Shown: positions 38,999 to 52,501 of the stretch, in pieces
Numbering within the stretch: position 1 is the first letter of the stretch
How the letters are laid out: the number at the start of each line of letters is the position of its first letter
Assembly: GCF_018977255.1 (NCBI RefSeq)
Contig: NW_024704755.1
Coordinates: 13,392,001 to 13,456,000, forward strand
DNA length: 64,000 bases
Reading direction: 5' to 3'
DNA from: Callorhinchus milii
Taxonomy: Eukaryota
Notes under the pieces: model-generated
What the model was told of the DNA's origin: nothing
The model's input: the letters and a program-made list of their open reading frames with translations, nothing else
Databases searched by the model: none
Translations under genes and position numbers: made by a program

Positions 38999-39076
38999 AT
39001 TGCTGCTCGTGTGATAAATTGTGCAGATGTTCCGACTGCAGATGTTCCAAGAACAAAGCTGGGATCTGCAGGAAAA
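38999..39076 (+). CDS. MT: Metallothionein B exon 2
   Basis: Acceptor gttcacag. 78 nt. Donor gtaagt. Confidence 0.92.
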
Positions 39077-39367
39077 GTAAGTAACTGTTGGAGAGAGAGA
39101 GAGAGAGTGAGAGACTGGGTCACTGAATAGAGAGAGAGAGAGACTGTGTCATTAAATAGAGAGAGAGACTTGGATGGAGAAATGGAGAGAAAGAGACACA
39201 ATTATTGAATGTAGAAAAAGAGAGGATGGACTAAATATATAAGAGATTTGGATGGATGAATGGAGTGAGAGCTTGGAGCAGTGAGGCCGAGTCCAATGAA
39301 GCGCTCTTGAGACATTGTCCAGGATATAACTGCAAGTTGTTGTTGTTGTTGTTGAAGCTGTCACTGA

Positions 39368-39478
<111 letters not shown>

Positions 39479-42400
39479 TGGCCTCTCCCTGTGGCCTGGT
39501 GTAACCCTCCAACTCTGTACAGCCCGGGAGAAGCCTTGCACTCCTCCCCTGGCCTTCCTAACACGTTGAATTTTCATCTCAGATAATAAAAGATCTGTCC
39601 TATCCGACAATGTTTCTTTCTCGTCTCTGAACTGAAGACACGGGTACATATCACGTGCTGCTAACTGGGTCGCACTCATTCTCACTGATGGATTTATCCA
39701 GAGATTGCTATTTTTTTGGTCAGCCGGGTGTTTGACACGTGGGCAAACCCACAGCCGCGCTTAAGAGTATCCAAACCGGCCAGAGTTGCAGTTTTCCAAT
39801 ACACGCGTGTTGAATGCAATGCACTCTCTCCCTAAGACGCATCCTGCTTACTAATTCTGGACAGTGTTAGGTGCAGGTCAGCAAGAGTCAAGGCTTGAGG
39901 ACCCCAGAGTGTGCGTTGGGGTAACTGCTGGAGTTTAACTAGCTGGAACTATATAACTTGTCATTGAGAACACTGTCTGGCAAGCTCCTCACTGCTTGTC
40001 CAGCTAGGATCACCCTGCCCATATTACAGGGTTAACAGGAGCTGAGTGGGAAGATTCCCTGTACTCAAGGATGGGTCTGTCCCTCCCAGGTCTGGCCGAT
40101 GACCCAGATCGACTGGCCCCATGGACCCAGCTGGTTCAGGAACTGGATTACAGATTACGTGAACTCAAGCCATCGGAATAGTGCTGTGTCACGGGCTGGC
40201 CCATGAGCATAAGGCGTGGGAAAATTAAAGCCCATTTGTACCATCAATCAAATCCATCGATCCCCAATAATATAATAATAATCCTTGCATTTTATATGGC
40301 GCCTTATCACACCACTGAGACGTCTCAAAGCGTTTCACAGAATATACTATAAAGTGCTTCACAGACTGTATAATCTCACCCAAGGTGTTCATGATTGACC
40401 CGCGACCCATTCATCAAAAAACACTCCCAATTTACTCCCACACCATTGACCAAAGAGGAACAGAGAAACAGAAATGAAATTTATATCATGTCTTAACGGG
40501 AAATAATAAAACCGAACAGTGGAGCGTGTTGTAATTCAAGAAAACCCACAACATTGATAAAGCTCTGATTAAACCTTCGGAGTCACAAAGACCCTGAGGA
40601 AATCACTTGCACTTACATCTCAGGTCCATTTGGCAAGTCAAGAAGCAACAATATAATTTGGCAGAGGGAGAAAAGTTTCTGTAGCAAAAAAAATGTTGAG
40701 TAAAATGCCTTAAGTACTGCCCAAATTTCACAATATTTCATATGTTGGAAGCACTTGAGATATAAATGCAAGTTGTCATACAGGTCTCATATGATTCCAG
40801 GCTTTCGAAATCATGCTACTTAGCATTTCAAAAGCTCCACCAGAAGCAGAGAAAGATAAATTTGCTGCAAAAAAATAGTTACTACATGTTACAGTAAATC
40901 CTGAGGCGTTAAATTTAGATGCCTCATGATAAAGTGCTATATGAAATGCAAGGATTATCACACATGTACATGCACACAACATATAGGGTATAATGCATGG
41001 CAATTGCAGAACATTCTTGTTGTAAATAGAAACAAAAATGGACATGTCTGAACACCGAACACGATATATTATAATCTCTGCAAGGCATACATTTCTGGAT
41101 ACTTGGGGATCCTATCCCCTTAATCAAAGCCAATGCAACACCCATCATCCAATGTGTAAAACCTGAGTTGTAACTAATGTTCACATCCACTTTTCACCTA
41201 CCACCAGGAACCCAATTGGTACGTGTTGAAGGATTTACAGAGATTTACAGCATATGAGGTGTTCAGCCCTATCACCGGTGCTAAAAAAATGTGTTTAAAG
41301 CCTTGGGTTCATGCATACAAATCAAAATAGACAAGGAATCAGCAAACGTAGAAATGTTTAATAACATCAGTGTTGACCCATATTTATGGCCATGCCTGGA
41401 TTTCCCATTACCGTGGTGTGAGCAACATGCCACATTATCAAAAATATAAACGGTATTAAGAAAATATTCATATTGATAAGAAATCAATGGTCAAATAGGG
41501 TGGGCCAGCATTATCACCAGAATTTCCCACATTTACAGCCAGTCTTGTTATACTAAATGTCAGATATGATACACACTAAATGCATATCAGTGGATTGAGG
41601 AGAATCGGTTTCAAGAACAAGAGGGGAGAGGGGAAAGGAACTTTGGTAGTGGAACATTCTCTGCAGCTTCAAGAGTGTTTGCCTTTTGCGTTGCGTCTAT
41701 TACTATCCACAATGTAGAGCACTGCATGTTCTTTCTTCGCTTACATTTTTATTTTCTTTAAAACACCGAGCATCCCCATACTCCCCAACCCTCCAAACTG
41801 GTGGAACCATCGCTCAATGGGTAGGGATGGGTGTCGGAGCTGGGGGCTGGAGGATGGTGGCAATGCTCTCACACATGTCATACTGACCAGTGCTGCTCTG
41901 GGGACTATTGTCTGGGGCGAGGAGGAGGGTGAAGAGGGTGTCCTTGGAGCTGAGCTGACTCAAAGATGACATGTTTGGAAATGGGCTATCAGTACCAGGC
42001 AACCCTCTGCGGTGGTCTCGGTAGCCCAGTTCCAGTTTCTTTACCAACAGGAGTCAGACATTGGCTCGCTATTCCTCCATCAGGTCTGAAGGTCAGAGCT
42101 CGGGTACCAGAGCTCATGCCACAAGGTGCTCAGCGACATGGAGCAGGAAAAACTTGAAAGATACAGCTGATCAAATCATGATCCCAAACGCCTCCGAAAC
42201 ACACTATTGTGGTGCCCTGCACTTCGGGGCTCAGATACTCGCTCACACGCTTAAAACCCGTGTTAATTGTGAAAGGGACAGCTCGCAATTAGATGGTTAA
42301 TAACTGGCTGAACCTGTCCTTCGGGAGAGAGGGAGGAAAGGAGGTCTGAGCATTTATAACGCAAGACTGTGAACTGAACAGCGACTCCAGGTAGTGAGAG

Positions 42401-43734
42401 GGTCAGGGATCCAGAGCATTCAGACAGTCCAAACCTCTCCCCCCACCTTCCACCTCCACGTTTGGTGTTGAGTCACTGCCAACATCGCCCATTCGGCCCC
42501 CAAAATGTGAGCTCAGAACCACGGCACAAAGCATACGCTCACTAGCCCCCCAACCAACCCACCCCCCCCACCCCCCTCACACACACACACACACCACATA
42601 CAGTCCACATAGCAAACCTGAGGCAGACCAAAAGCCAACGGTGGAAAACTATCTCAATACAGTGAGGAAGGCACAGAAACAACGGCTAAAGTGTAAAGCA
42701 ATAAATTGGGGATAAAATATTTATCATTATTGCACGATCCTAGACGGCCCCAATATTGCCAGCGAGAAAAACTGAAAATTAAATGCTACTAATCGCTCAC
42801 AGGAAGTAAAAGGTCAAAGGGCGAGTTTTTTTTACGATGTTTTGGACCTCATTAACCATTGGGAAGGCAGCATAGCGCATTCCACATCTGGAATATCACA
42901 GGCCCAATACACGGTGTAGGGTTTACCTTCACAATAGTCCTTAACCCCATCTTTAGCAGCCCAGCCTTGTGCTGTGAATCGTGTGGGAGGTATTGGATGG
43001 ACTCTTGGTATTTCACCCACAGGGAGGTGCAGTAAGTATTATTCTGTATGCTAAGACCTCTTTAGTGAAGAATTATTCACCAACTGTTTAATCTTACTTT
43101 CTCCGGTATAACAGAATACAATGGAAGCCACATAAACTGGACACCAGTTAACCTCAGACGCCAGGTACACCGGACAAAATGCCCAGCCGACCCCAATTCA
43201 TTTATATTGTCACCTGTTAATTTGGACTAGACGCTCGGTCCTGATGTGTCCGGTTTAAGCGGTTTCCACTGTATTTCCATTGTATCGCCTTATCACGCGA
43301 TTGACCGTGACATGGTCCTGTCCCAAACCCGCCCTCCCCTGGGAAACGAAGAGATCATGCTCTCCCCCTCCCTGCAAGTTGTCAGATCGAAGAAGAGAGC
43401 TCCAGCTTCAATTGACTTTACTCAACAGTTTTTCCCAGTTATTCTGTGGCAGATACTAAATGTGCGTTGCAACAGAGAGGAGGACACATCTCACCCCTTG
43501 ACCTTCAATAAGACTCTTAAGTAGGCACGGGAGAAAGGGTTGCACAAAGCAGGGGCTAGGGGGTGACCAGAGAGAGGGGAAGCAACCTGCCTTACAACTC
43601 GCAGTCAAAATAAACAATAATCCAGACTGGCTACACAGCGCCCAGGCACTAAGATTTCCATCCCGACTCTTCCGCAATTAACAGAGAGACGCTCAGGTGT
43701 CAGCGTCTCTGGATCGAAGGCAGTGAGTGTAATC

Positions 43735-44254
43735 TCACAGCGGCGGCAGGTCAAAGAGGACCCTCTTGATGTGGGTTATGGTGCTGAGGTTGGAGAGCAT
43801 GTCCAGGTGTTCGTTCCCGGCAGCTCCATGAGGAACACGGCCTCTTTCTGCCTGTGCAGCCATCGCCTGCAATTCAAGGCGCTTGCTAAGTTGACCGTAC
43901 CATCGCCGGGGCCATAGAAGACCGTGGGCTCCTTGTCGGGGAAGACGTCGTAATGGAAAGACTCGGCTGTTTGCACGCCTGTTCCGTACAGGCAGTGAAT
44001 GGACACCCCGGGCGGGGTCAGGTTGTACACGAGGCCTTCGGTGTCTTGCCGCATCTTCCAGCCGACGTCAAAGCTGATGTCTTTGTAGAACCGCTCGTAG
44101 TCATTCATGGTGTAGTTGTAGGTGGGCGTGGAGACAAAGATCTTATTGAGAGGCCAGGTGTTGTTGTAAGGGAGCAGCCAGTTGGTGGAGACGGCTGTTC
44201 TCTGTTGAGTTCGGATCTTCAGTGTGTTAATAACAGGAATCCGGTCGTTGTCTC
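43735..44254 (-). CDS. PLA2G15: PLA2G15 (lysosomal phospholipase A2) exon 6, with an apparent 1-nt deletion at ~43817
   Basis: Encodes [29 protein letters not shown]...CLYGTGV...GDGTVNL...ELPG, then continues in another frame as [26 protein letters not shown]. Confidence 0.93.
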
Positions 44255-44753
44255 CTGAAATGGATAAACACACGTTCGGCCTGAGTCTCAGAGCTCAATT
44301 GAAACAACAAAACAACACATTACATTTACCCAGCGCCTTTCACACCGGGACGACGTCCCAAGGTGCCGGACTGTCGGGATTTGCACCCGAGCTGGGGGTT
44401 GGAGACACGAGGGGTAGAGGGAGGGAAGGGATAGAAGGGTAACCAAAGGTGCAGTCAAATTGGAGAATCTTGAGATGGACCTTAAAGGAGGCAAGGGAGA
44501 GAATTAGGTGATTTTGTTGATGATGCTGATTAGTGGGCATGAACCAGCTATTTACACTAATGTGCTCTTGTAATGGAAACTCACAAAATCCCCTCCCTCC
44601 TCGCTCTCTTTCTTATTCAGTCCCATTGGCTTTTTATAGACTAATATCCCACACTCCTGATCGCGAGTGAGCATGCGCGAGTGATGCCAGGTTGCAGAGA
44701 GAACGCTGGACATTTCGTTAGTCTTGTGGCCTGGACATTAGGCTGGCACCCAC

Positions 44754-44978
44754 CTGAAGCCAGCACTCGCAGGGTCTTGGACACCCCGCCCCAGGGAGCG
44801 CCCAGCGCCACGAACGTTTTGATGTACTTGTCCTTCCAGGCTTGGGTCTGCTGGTTCAGGAAGTAGAGGGTGTAGAGGTTTCCCATGCTGTGAGCTATCA
44901 GGACAACCGGGCCACCGTACTGCCCGTACATGGACTCGATCAGAGCCTGCAGATCCTTGAAGAATTGCCTGTTCTCAT
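44754..44978 (-). CDS. PLA2G15: PLA2G15 exon 5
   Basis: Encodes ENRQFFKDLQALIESMYGQYGGPVVLIAHSMGNLY...LGAPWGGVSKTLRVLAS, containing the catalytic Ser motif AHSMG. 225 nt. Confidence 0.96.
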
Positions 44979-45117
44979 CTGGGATGGGGAAGAAAAGGAT
45001 CAGAGATCAAATGACAATGACGACAACCACGTGAATTTTACATAGCGCCCCTTGAGTAGGGTAGTGTCCCAGAGCCCTTGAAATATAATAAGAAATAATA
45101 ATAATTGAAATAAAAAA

Positions 45118-45480
45118 TAATAATCTTGCATTTGATATCGCGCCTTATCACGTCGTTGAGATGTCTCAAAGCTCTTCACAGCATATACTGTAAAGTGGAT
45201 TGACTGTGTATTTTGTGGGTGAAATGTGGCAGCCAATTGTGCACGAACAGTCGTGAATTGAGTAACCAAATTATTAATTTTTTTTGGTGGGGGGGGCAAG
45301 ATTATTACCCCAGAAAACGATGCGCCAATCGACTAACAACCGGGTTCCTACTTACTGCTAGGTAAACAGAAGCGTGTGGTTAAGGAAACTTGCCGAAGGT
45401 TTCCCCCTGGCCAGGAATCAAACCCGGTTCCTCTTGCTTGAACAGGTGAGTGCTCCAACCACTACGCTATGGGATTCTAC
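45118..45480 (-). mobile_element. Family B SINE (longer central segment); related copies at ~15330-15600, 49490-49760, 52200-52390 and 62735-63118
   Basis: Head and tail related to family A, plus an extra segment ...ctgtttacctagcagtaagtaggaacccggttgttagtcgattggc... Confidence 0.8.
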
Positions 45481-45911
45481 AAATACAGCGTATCACTCAC
45501 TCCCCGTAGGGCTGTATGGAGTTCTCTCTCCTTCTCTGTGCCTCTCCTTCTGGCTTCCATGTCCCACATCTGTGGTACCTCATCCAAGTGGCAATTCTTC
45601 ACGTGTGTGCGATGATATTGGAGAAGATATTCACAGCCAAACCAAATAACATCACCACCTAGCGGTGATCGCTCCATGACGATCAGAAGCCCCAAATTCC
45701 ACCTGATTTTAGCCTTAAAACTATCCACATTTACGATCAATGCAGAATTTTGGCAAATTTCTAAATTCACCTTGAATATTTGGGACTTGGGCATCCCACA
45801 CTCCAGACCCACCATGGAGACACTTATAATGTACCTTGTTCAGAATGAGCCACACTTTAGAAGAAACCTCACTTCCTCTCTCCCCCTCCCACCCATTCAA
45901 AGGTCACTTAC

Positions 45912-46010
45912 TTGGAGCTTTGCGCCAATCATACGGCGCTCCTCGGACATCTTCATCCCGCGTGTAGCCCCAGGTCACCATGGATTCCACCAGGGTGAAG
46001 AAATAGCTCC
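45912..46010 (-). CDS. PLA2G15: PLA2G15 exon 4
   Basis: Encodes [32 protein letters not shown]. 99 nt, AG/GT boundaries. Confidence 0.96.
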
Positions 46011-48166
46011 CTGTAGGCCAAACAGATAAGGCATCAGGACCTGACTGGCTCAGGCACCAGTTCGGGGGTTCGGAGTCGGGGGGAAGCTCTGCACACTTCA
46101 GTCACACCTTTCCCAACCAGAGAGGAACGCACTAACAACACACAGCACAAGGAAGGCCGCACACCAACTCTGATAGAAGTAAACAGTCAGAGGTGCCGTC
46201 CTTCAGATGAGATGTTAAACCACGATCCCATCTGCCTGTTCAGGTCAACGTTAAGGATCCGCATGGTGCTATTTGAAAAGAGAAGGGAGTTTCTCTCTCG
46301 CAGTGTTCTGGCCGACAACCCCTCAAAATAAATGAAGTCATTCACTTACTTCATGGCTGTTTGTGGTACATTGATGTGTGGAACTGGTTGCTGCGCTCGC
46401 CCACAAAACTACACAGATACTGCACTTCACAGTGAAACCTGTGAAACACTTTGAGATGTCTTACTGACCTGTTAGGGCGCAAAATCTAATGTAAGGATTA
46501 TTATTAAACTGCCGTAGGGAAGTGTGGTGGGCGAGGAGGAGTTGCAGAACAGGCTACACTACACTAGTAGCCTGTTACTCCTGAAGACAAATAAAACTAC
46601 TAAGCAGTACTTACTCCTAACCTGTGTGATATTAATAACAATCAAAATCAAACAGCCGCAGAATTTGCTGACTGACGTGACTCCTTTGCCGAGAGGAGGC
46701 GATGGTTGGGGCAGGACAATGCCGAATCACCCAGTAACAAAGCCGAGGCTGAATTAGATCAGTTTCGATGAAGAAAGCCCATCCTTCAGGATCACCCACC
46801 TTAACAGACCCCTATCACAGCATCAACCTGCTTTTTCCCAGTGTCCTGAACAATAACAACAACAACTTGTTGTTATATATATATATAGCGCCCCTCATGC
46901 AATGTACCGTCACAAGAGAGCTTAAACCATCCTTCCCAGCAACCTTTTCCAGTCGTTAATTACTACTCTCTGGGGGTAAAGAACCACTTCCTGGTGTCTG
47001 TCATGAAATTGCCCTTTGCAACTCTGTGTCCTCATTCATGTCTGAAAATATCGTTCCGGGTTCATTTTTTCAATCCAGTCGTGACAATGTTCTGTAGGTG
47101 AACAAATCCCTTTTGATGTGGTGCGAACGCAAGCAGATGAAGGGTAGGAAGTGGCAAGAGGTGTTTTCGGAGAGGTGGGTACAGTATTTATAGGGATTTG
47201 TAAACATGGCATACAGTCAGAAGGACTTTGAGAGGTGGAGCGATGTGATGGATGAATGCTCAATCATATCTGATATGTTTCCTATGAAAAACAGTAGTCA
47301 GTTTGAATGAGTGTCCAGCTATTCCCTGCAAACCAGCCACTGCACAAAGCAACAAGTGCTGCTGGCCCTGGTAAAACCGGGGCTTTGCACAACTAAAGAA
47401 TTGTCACGTGAGGAGTGAATCAGCACTAATTCCTGTAAGCACTGGGCAGAAAGCCCACAGCCCAGCCCAGCGCTCAGCATCTCAACACAGTCAGCAGCTC
47501 AGCTCAGCTCATGTAGCTTGCTTACAGGGAGCCCATCAGTCTCGCATGAAGTGACTTTCAGGTTGATAGCAGCCTCTCTGAGAGATTCTCTCTCGCTCCC
47601 TCCCCACCACACACCCACACACACACACACACACACACACTAACCCCGACACCTCCCTCCAAACAACACTATGTCCTGCAATACTGCTGTTCAGATGCTA
47701 CCAGGGATGAGTGATTACAACGATCAAGACTGGACACGAGATGCTGGGAAGAGGATCTGACAGAGCGCTTTACCATTATGAGAGGGTTCTACGTGCTGGA
47801 CATACATAGATAAGACTGTTGCCACATTACAAGGTTATCTATACAAATGACCTGGACTTGGATGTAGGGAGTACAATTTCCAAGTTTGCAGATAATACTA
47901 AGCTAGTTAACAGTGAGGATAGTAGCAGACTGCAAGAGGACATAGACAGACTGGTAAAATGGGTAGACACGTGGCAGATGAAGGTTAATGTGGAGAAATG
48001 CGAAGTGATGCATTTTGAGTGGAAGAATAAGGAGAGGCAATATAAGCTGATGGTACAATTTTAAAGGGGGTGAAGGAACAAAGACCTGGGGGTTCATATA
48101 AGTAAATCTTTGAAGGTGGCAGGACAGGTAGATAAAACTGTTAAAAAAGCATCCGGGATACTTGGC

Positions 48167-48490
48167 GTGGAGTCCTGTAGCTCAGTGGTTAGAGCATTCG
48201 CTTTGCAAGCGAGAGACCAGAGTTCAATTCCAGGCAGAGGGCGAAACCTTGGGCAAGTTTCCTTACTCCACACAGAGCCTAATAATAATCCCTCCAAAAC
48301 AAAAAACAATAATAAATTGGTCATTTTCAATCTACGACTGTTTGTGGGACATTGCTGTGCGCAATTGGCTGCCGCGTTCGCCCACAAATATACAGTCAAT
48401 TCACTTTACAGTGTGATCTGTGAAGCGCTTTGGGACGTCCTCCCGACGTGAAAAGCGCTATATCAAATGCAAGGATTATTATTATTATTA
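48167..48490 (+). mobile_element. Family A tRNA-Ala-derived SINE, full length, nested in CR1
   Basis: A box TAGCTCAGTGG, B box GTTCAATTCC, (ATT)n tail, TTGGC target-site duplication. Confidence 0.95.
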
Positions 48491-48908
48491 TTGGCTTTAT
48501 AAATAGGGGCATAGAATACAAAAGTCAGGAAGTTATGATGAACCTTTATAAAACACTGATTAGGCCTCAGCTAGAGACATTGCTCAGTTCTGGGCACCAC
48601 ACTGTAGGAAGGATGTCAAGGCACTGGAGAGGGTGCAAAGGAGATTTACCAGGATGGTGCCAGGAATGAAGGATTTCAGTTTTCAGGAGAAGCGAGAGAA
48701 ACTAGGATTATTCTCCTTGGAGCAGAGAAGGTTAAAAGGAGACTTAATAGAAATTTTCAAAATTATGAAGGCATTCGATAGGGTGAACAAGGAGAAACTA
48801 TTACCACTGGCGGGTGGGTCGGTAACCCGAGGACACTGATTTAAAATAGTTAAAAGAAACAGAGGGGAGATGCGAAGAAATTTTGTCACACAGCGAGTTG
48901 TTGGATCT

Positions 48909-49224
48909 GTGGAGTCCTGTAGCTCAGCGGTTAGAGCACTCGCTTTGCAAGTGAGAGACCTGAGTTCAATTCCAGGCAGAGGGCGAAACCTTGGGCAGGT
49001 TTCCTTACTCCACACAGAGCCTAATAATAATCCCTCCGAAAAAAAACAATAATACATTGGTCATTATCAATCCATGACTGTTTGTGGGACATTGCTGTGC
49101 GCAATTGGCTGCCGCGTTCGCCCACAAATATAATCAATTCACTTTACAGTATATTCTGTGAAGCGCTTTGGGACATCTAGAAGACGTGAAAAGCGCTATA
49201 TCAAATGCGAGGATTATTATTATT
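48909..49224 (+). mobile_element. Family A SINE, full length, nested in CR1
   Basis: Same structure as the 48167 copy, with an ATCT(G) target-site duplication. Confidence 0.93.
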
Positions 49225-50897
49225 ATCTGGAATGCATTGCCTGAAAGGGTGGTGGAAGCCAATTCGATAACAGCTTTTAAGAGAGAAGTAGATAATTGGG
49301 GATGACAAGTTTGCAGGGCTATGGGGAGAGAGCGGGGGAATAGGATTGATTTGGATAGCTCTTTTCAAAGAGCCAGCACAGACATGATGGGCTGAATGGC
49401 CTCCTTCTGTGCTGTATAATTCTATGATTCTATGATAAATGGTTTCACCCACAAAATACACAGTCGCACCACGTTACAGTGATTGTAACATGAAGTGTCC
49501 GTGAAGCACTTTCAGATGTCTCGACGACACAATATAGTATAATTGTAATAACAAACAGTCATGGATTGAGTGATCAAATTTTAATTATTTTATTTTATTG
49601 CATTTTTGAAGGGATTATTGTGATTACCCCTGGAAAAGCAATCCGCCAATCGACTAACAACCGGGTTCCTACTTACTGCTAGGTAAACAGAGATGTGTGT
49701 GAGGAGTAAAGAAACTTGCTTAAGGTTTCGCCCTGCCCGGAAATCAAACCCAGGTCCGCTCGGTAAATACCCGAAAAAATGTGGCTAATGAATAGTCTCG
49801 GTATGGTTCACGGACACCTCAGCTTCAGCAGAAAGTATGTGTCTCAGATAATTCTCACTGAAAATTTGCTTAGAGATGTGTGTTATGAGTCATTAGTATT
49901 TGGTCAAAATCTCTCTAGTCAAGCTTTTCGAATGCTCAATGGAAATAATCAATGGAAATAATCATCTGAAATGATACTCATCTGAGTAAAACCAATTGTG
50001 GGAAAACTCTTTGCAGTGTTCACATCGACCTATCCTGTGAATCCACCTTTAGTGCCATAATTTGCATCAAAGTACAATTAAATGTAAGATAGCTGCAGAG
50101 GGTGGTGAGAATTTGGAACTCACTGCAGGAAGCTGTGGTTATAATAGAGAGCATCAAGTCATTGAAGAGAAAACCTGATATACAGGAGGGGTGGATCCCT
50201 ATAAACACCTTCATAGACGATTTGGGACTAGTTTTCGTGCTGTAACAGTCTATGTAATTTCATGCAACATGTTTGTTTGACAAACTGTAGCAACTGCATT
50301 TCAACGTGCGAAGACCACAGGGATGACTTGAGCCGAAATACAGGGCTCAACATTTCAGTCGGGTCAGAGGAAGGAGCGAACAGGCAGAGAGGAACCCACG
50401 TAAAAGCAAATTTCAGTTCTTTTCGAGTTTTGAATATGAAAACAGCAAAAAAGAGGCAGAAAATGAATAAGAGAAAAAGAGAGTAGAGAAAAAGGAATGC
50501 GTGTGAGAGAGGAAATAATATTAATCCTTGCATCTGATATAGCGCCAATCACGTCTCAAAGCGCTTCACAGAATCTACTGTAAAGTGTATTTTGCGTACG
50601 AATTGCGGCTGCCAATCACGCACAGGGAGAGAGGGAGAGAGACAGAAATAGACAGGAAGAAAGATAATGAAAGATAATGTGTTATAGGAAGTCACATGCA
50701 TGCGAAGACTGAAGGTGTTCCTGTACTGTCCCTCTAAAGCGACCGAACTTGTAACACTGAGCACAAGCCAGGTCTGGTAAACTTCACACTCGCTGTCAGT
50801 GCTGAGCTCAGAAAACCACATGCAGAAATATCTCATTCTGAAACACGCAAAGGCACCTCCATTACGAGAAATTAGCAATGTCCAAGGAACATGTATG

Positions 50898-51230
50898 TCA
50901 GCCTGGCTCGCTCGCTAGCGCTCTCACCTCAGAGGCAGAAGGGTTGTGGGTTCAAGCCCTATATTAGGACTTTGAACTAACAGTTCAGTGCACTCCAATG
51001 CAGTGCTGAGGGTGTGTTTCATTGTTGGGGGTGCCGTCCTTCAAACGAGACGTTAAACTAAGGCCTCGTCTGGCTGTTCAGGTGGATGTTAAAGATCCCG
51101 TGCCGCAATTCGAAAAGAGGAGAGAGTTTCTCTCTCCCGTGTCCTGACCAACAATCCCCCAAAATAAAATTGGTCACTCACTCCATGGCTGTTTGTGGAA
51201 CACTATATTTGCCTACAAATATATAGTCAT
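50898..51230 (+). mobile_element. Older DeuSINE-like element (SacSINE1/AmnSINE-type); related copies at ~13900-14110(-), 29625-29985(-), 32617-32860(+), 46190-46505(+) and 56030-56330(-)
   Basis: Contains gtgccgtccttc...gagacgttaaac..aggc.cgtctg...ttcaggtggatgttaaagatccc.tggcac, recalled as the Deu core. Confidence 0.75.
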
Positions 51231-52501
51231 TAATGTGTGTGTGAGGAGAACGAGGGAGACAAAACATTTTAACCCACACAACTATCCCCAAGCACACGTT
51301 TCTGACCTGTTGCACTTCGCCAGTTCATCAGCCAACAACAGCAAATCCAGAAATGTTATTAAACGAAATAATTAAATAATAAAATAAATAACTGAGACCA
51401 GAGGATGACCCTTTATGCAGAGACATTAAATGCTTGTGGAATCTCTGGACTGGTGAGCATGATCTTTCTCTCTCTCTCTCTCTCTTTCACACACACACAC
51501 ACACACATACACACACACACACACACAACAACTTCACGCTATCCTTCACGCTGGGTAGCGTCCCGGAGTGCTTGTCAATAGCGGAGTCTGACACAGAGAG
51601 AGGTGACTGTAAGCTCAATCAAAAAGGAAGGTCTTTAGGCGGGATTTGAAAGTGGGGAGGGAGGGGGGCAAAGTGGAGAGATTCAGGGAGAGAGAGAATG
51701 AGACAAACAGGTGACAAAGAGAAAGAAAGACAGAGAGAAAGAGACAAGAGTTTCCCATGGGAGTTGTTTTGATTTAGATAATTGCAGGTATTAATAATAA
51801 CTCTTTCAGATGGAAGTAACACTCCTTTTTACAGATTCAGTCACGGACAGCTCATTGTGAAAGAGGAACCTACGAACAGGAAAATTAAAGCAGATCCTAA
51901 AGTTTCCATGCACTGCCACCATTCAGCAAAGCATTGCGTGCTGAGATTGTGTCAGGTGGCTTGCCTCCAACACGCTAACACATGTCAAAGGCTCTATATA
52001 AATGCGAGTTGTTGTTGTTGCGCCAGCCCAAAGCAGGCCACACGGCCACAGTGCGTCCACAGCGTAAAAATGTGTTTACATATCAGCGTTTCTCAGAAAA
52101 ATAGGTTGAGGACTTTATCCCACTGTATATAACCGAGAGATCAGCCTCTGAAGGGATATGATCAAACCTGAATACCTGGGAACACCAAGTCCATTCAAAA
52201 ATAATATTATTATTAATTTTTTTTGAGGGATTATTAGCCGTGGGAAGTGTTCCGCCAATTCACTAACAACCGGGTTCCTACTTGCTGCTGGGTAAGCAGA
52301 GGCGTCTGGAGTAAGAAAACTTGCCTAAGCTTTCACCCTGCCCGGGAATCAAACCCAGGTCCTCTCGCTTGCATGGCGATCTCGCTAAGCACTAGGCTAC
52401 AGGACTCTTACGAATATAATGCTGACCTGGTTACTGTGTCTCTATCGTTTGCTCAGCCTGCGTCAAACAACCACTGGATCACGTCGCTGACCGGGACTCA
52501 C

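Larger units (their letters stand above)
47825..49435 (+). mobile_element. CR1-clade LINE 3' fragment, interrupted by two SINEs
   Basis: ISKFADNTKL, LQEDIDRL..W..TWQM, VQRRFTRMVPG-like and LEQRRLKGDLIE motifs. 3' end ctatgattctatga. Confidence 0.92.

Noticed and set aside
43800-43830. Programmed ribosomal frameshift in PLA2G15
   Set aside because: There is no canonical slippery heptamer or precedent I know of. A homopolymer indel is more parsimonious, and a similar 1-nt discrepancy occurs in USB1.
48167-48245. tRNA-Ala(TGC)-like sequence (also at 37165, 48909, 60450, 61430)
   Set aside because: The acceptor stem does not pair, and each copy continues into a SINE body and tail. It is a SINE head, not a tRNA gene.
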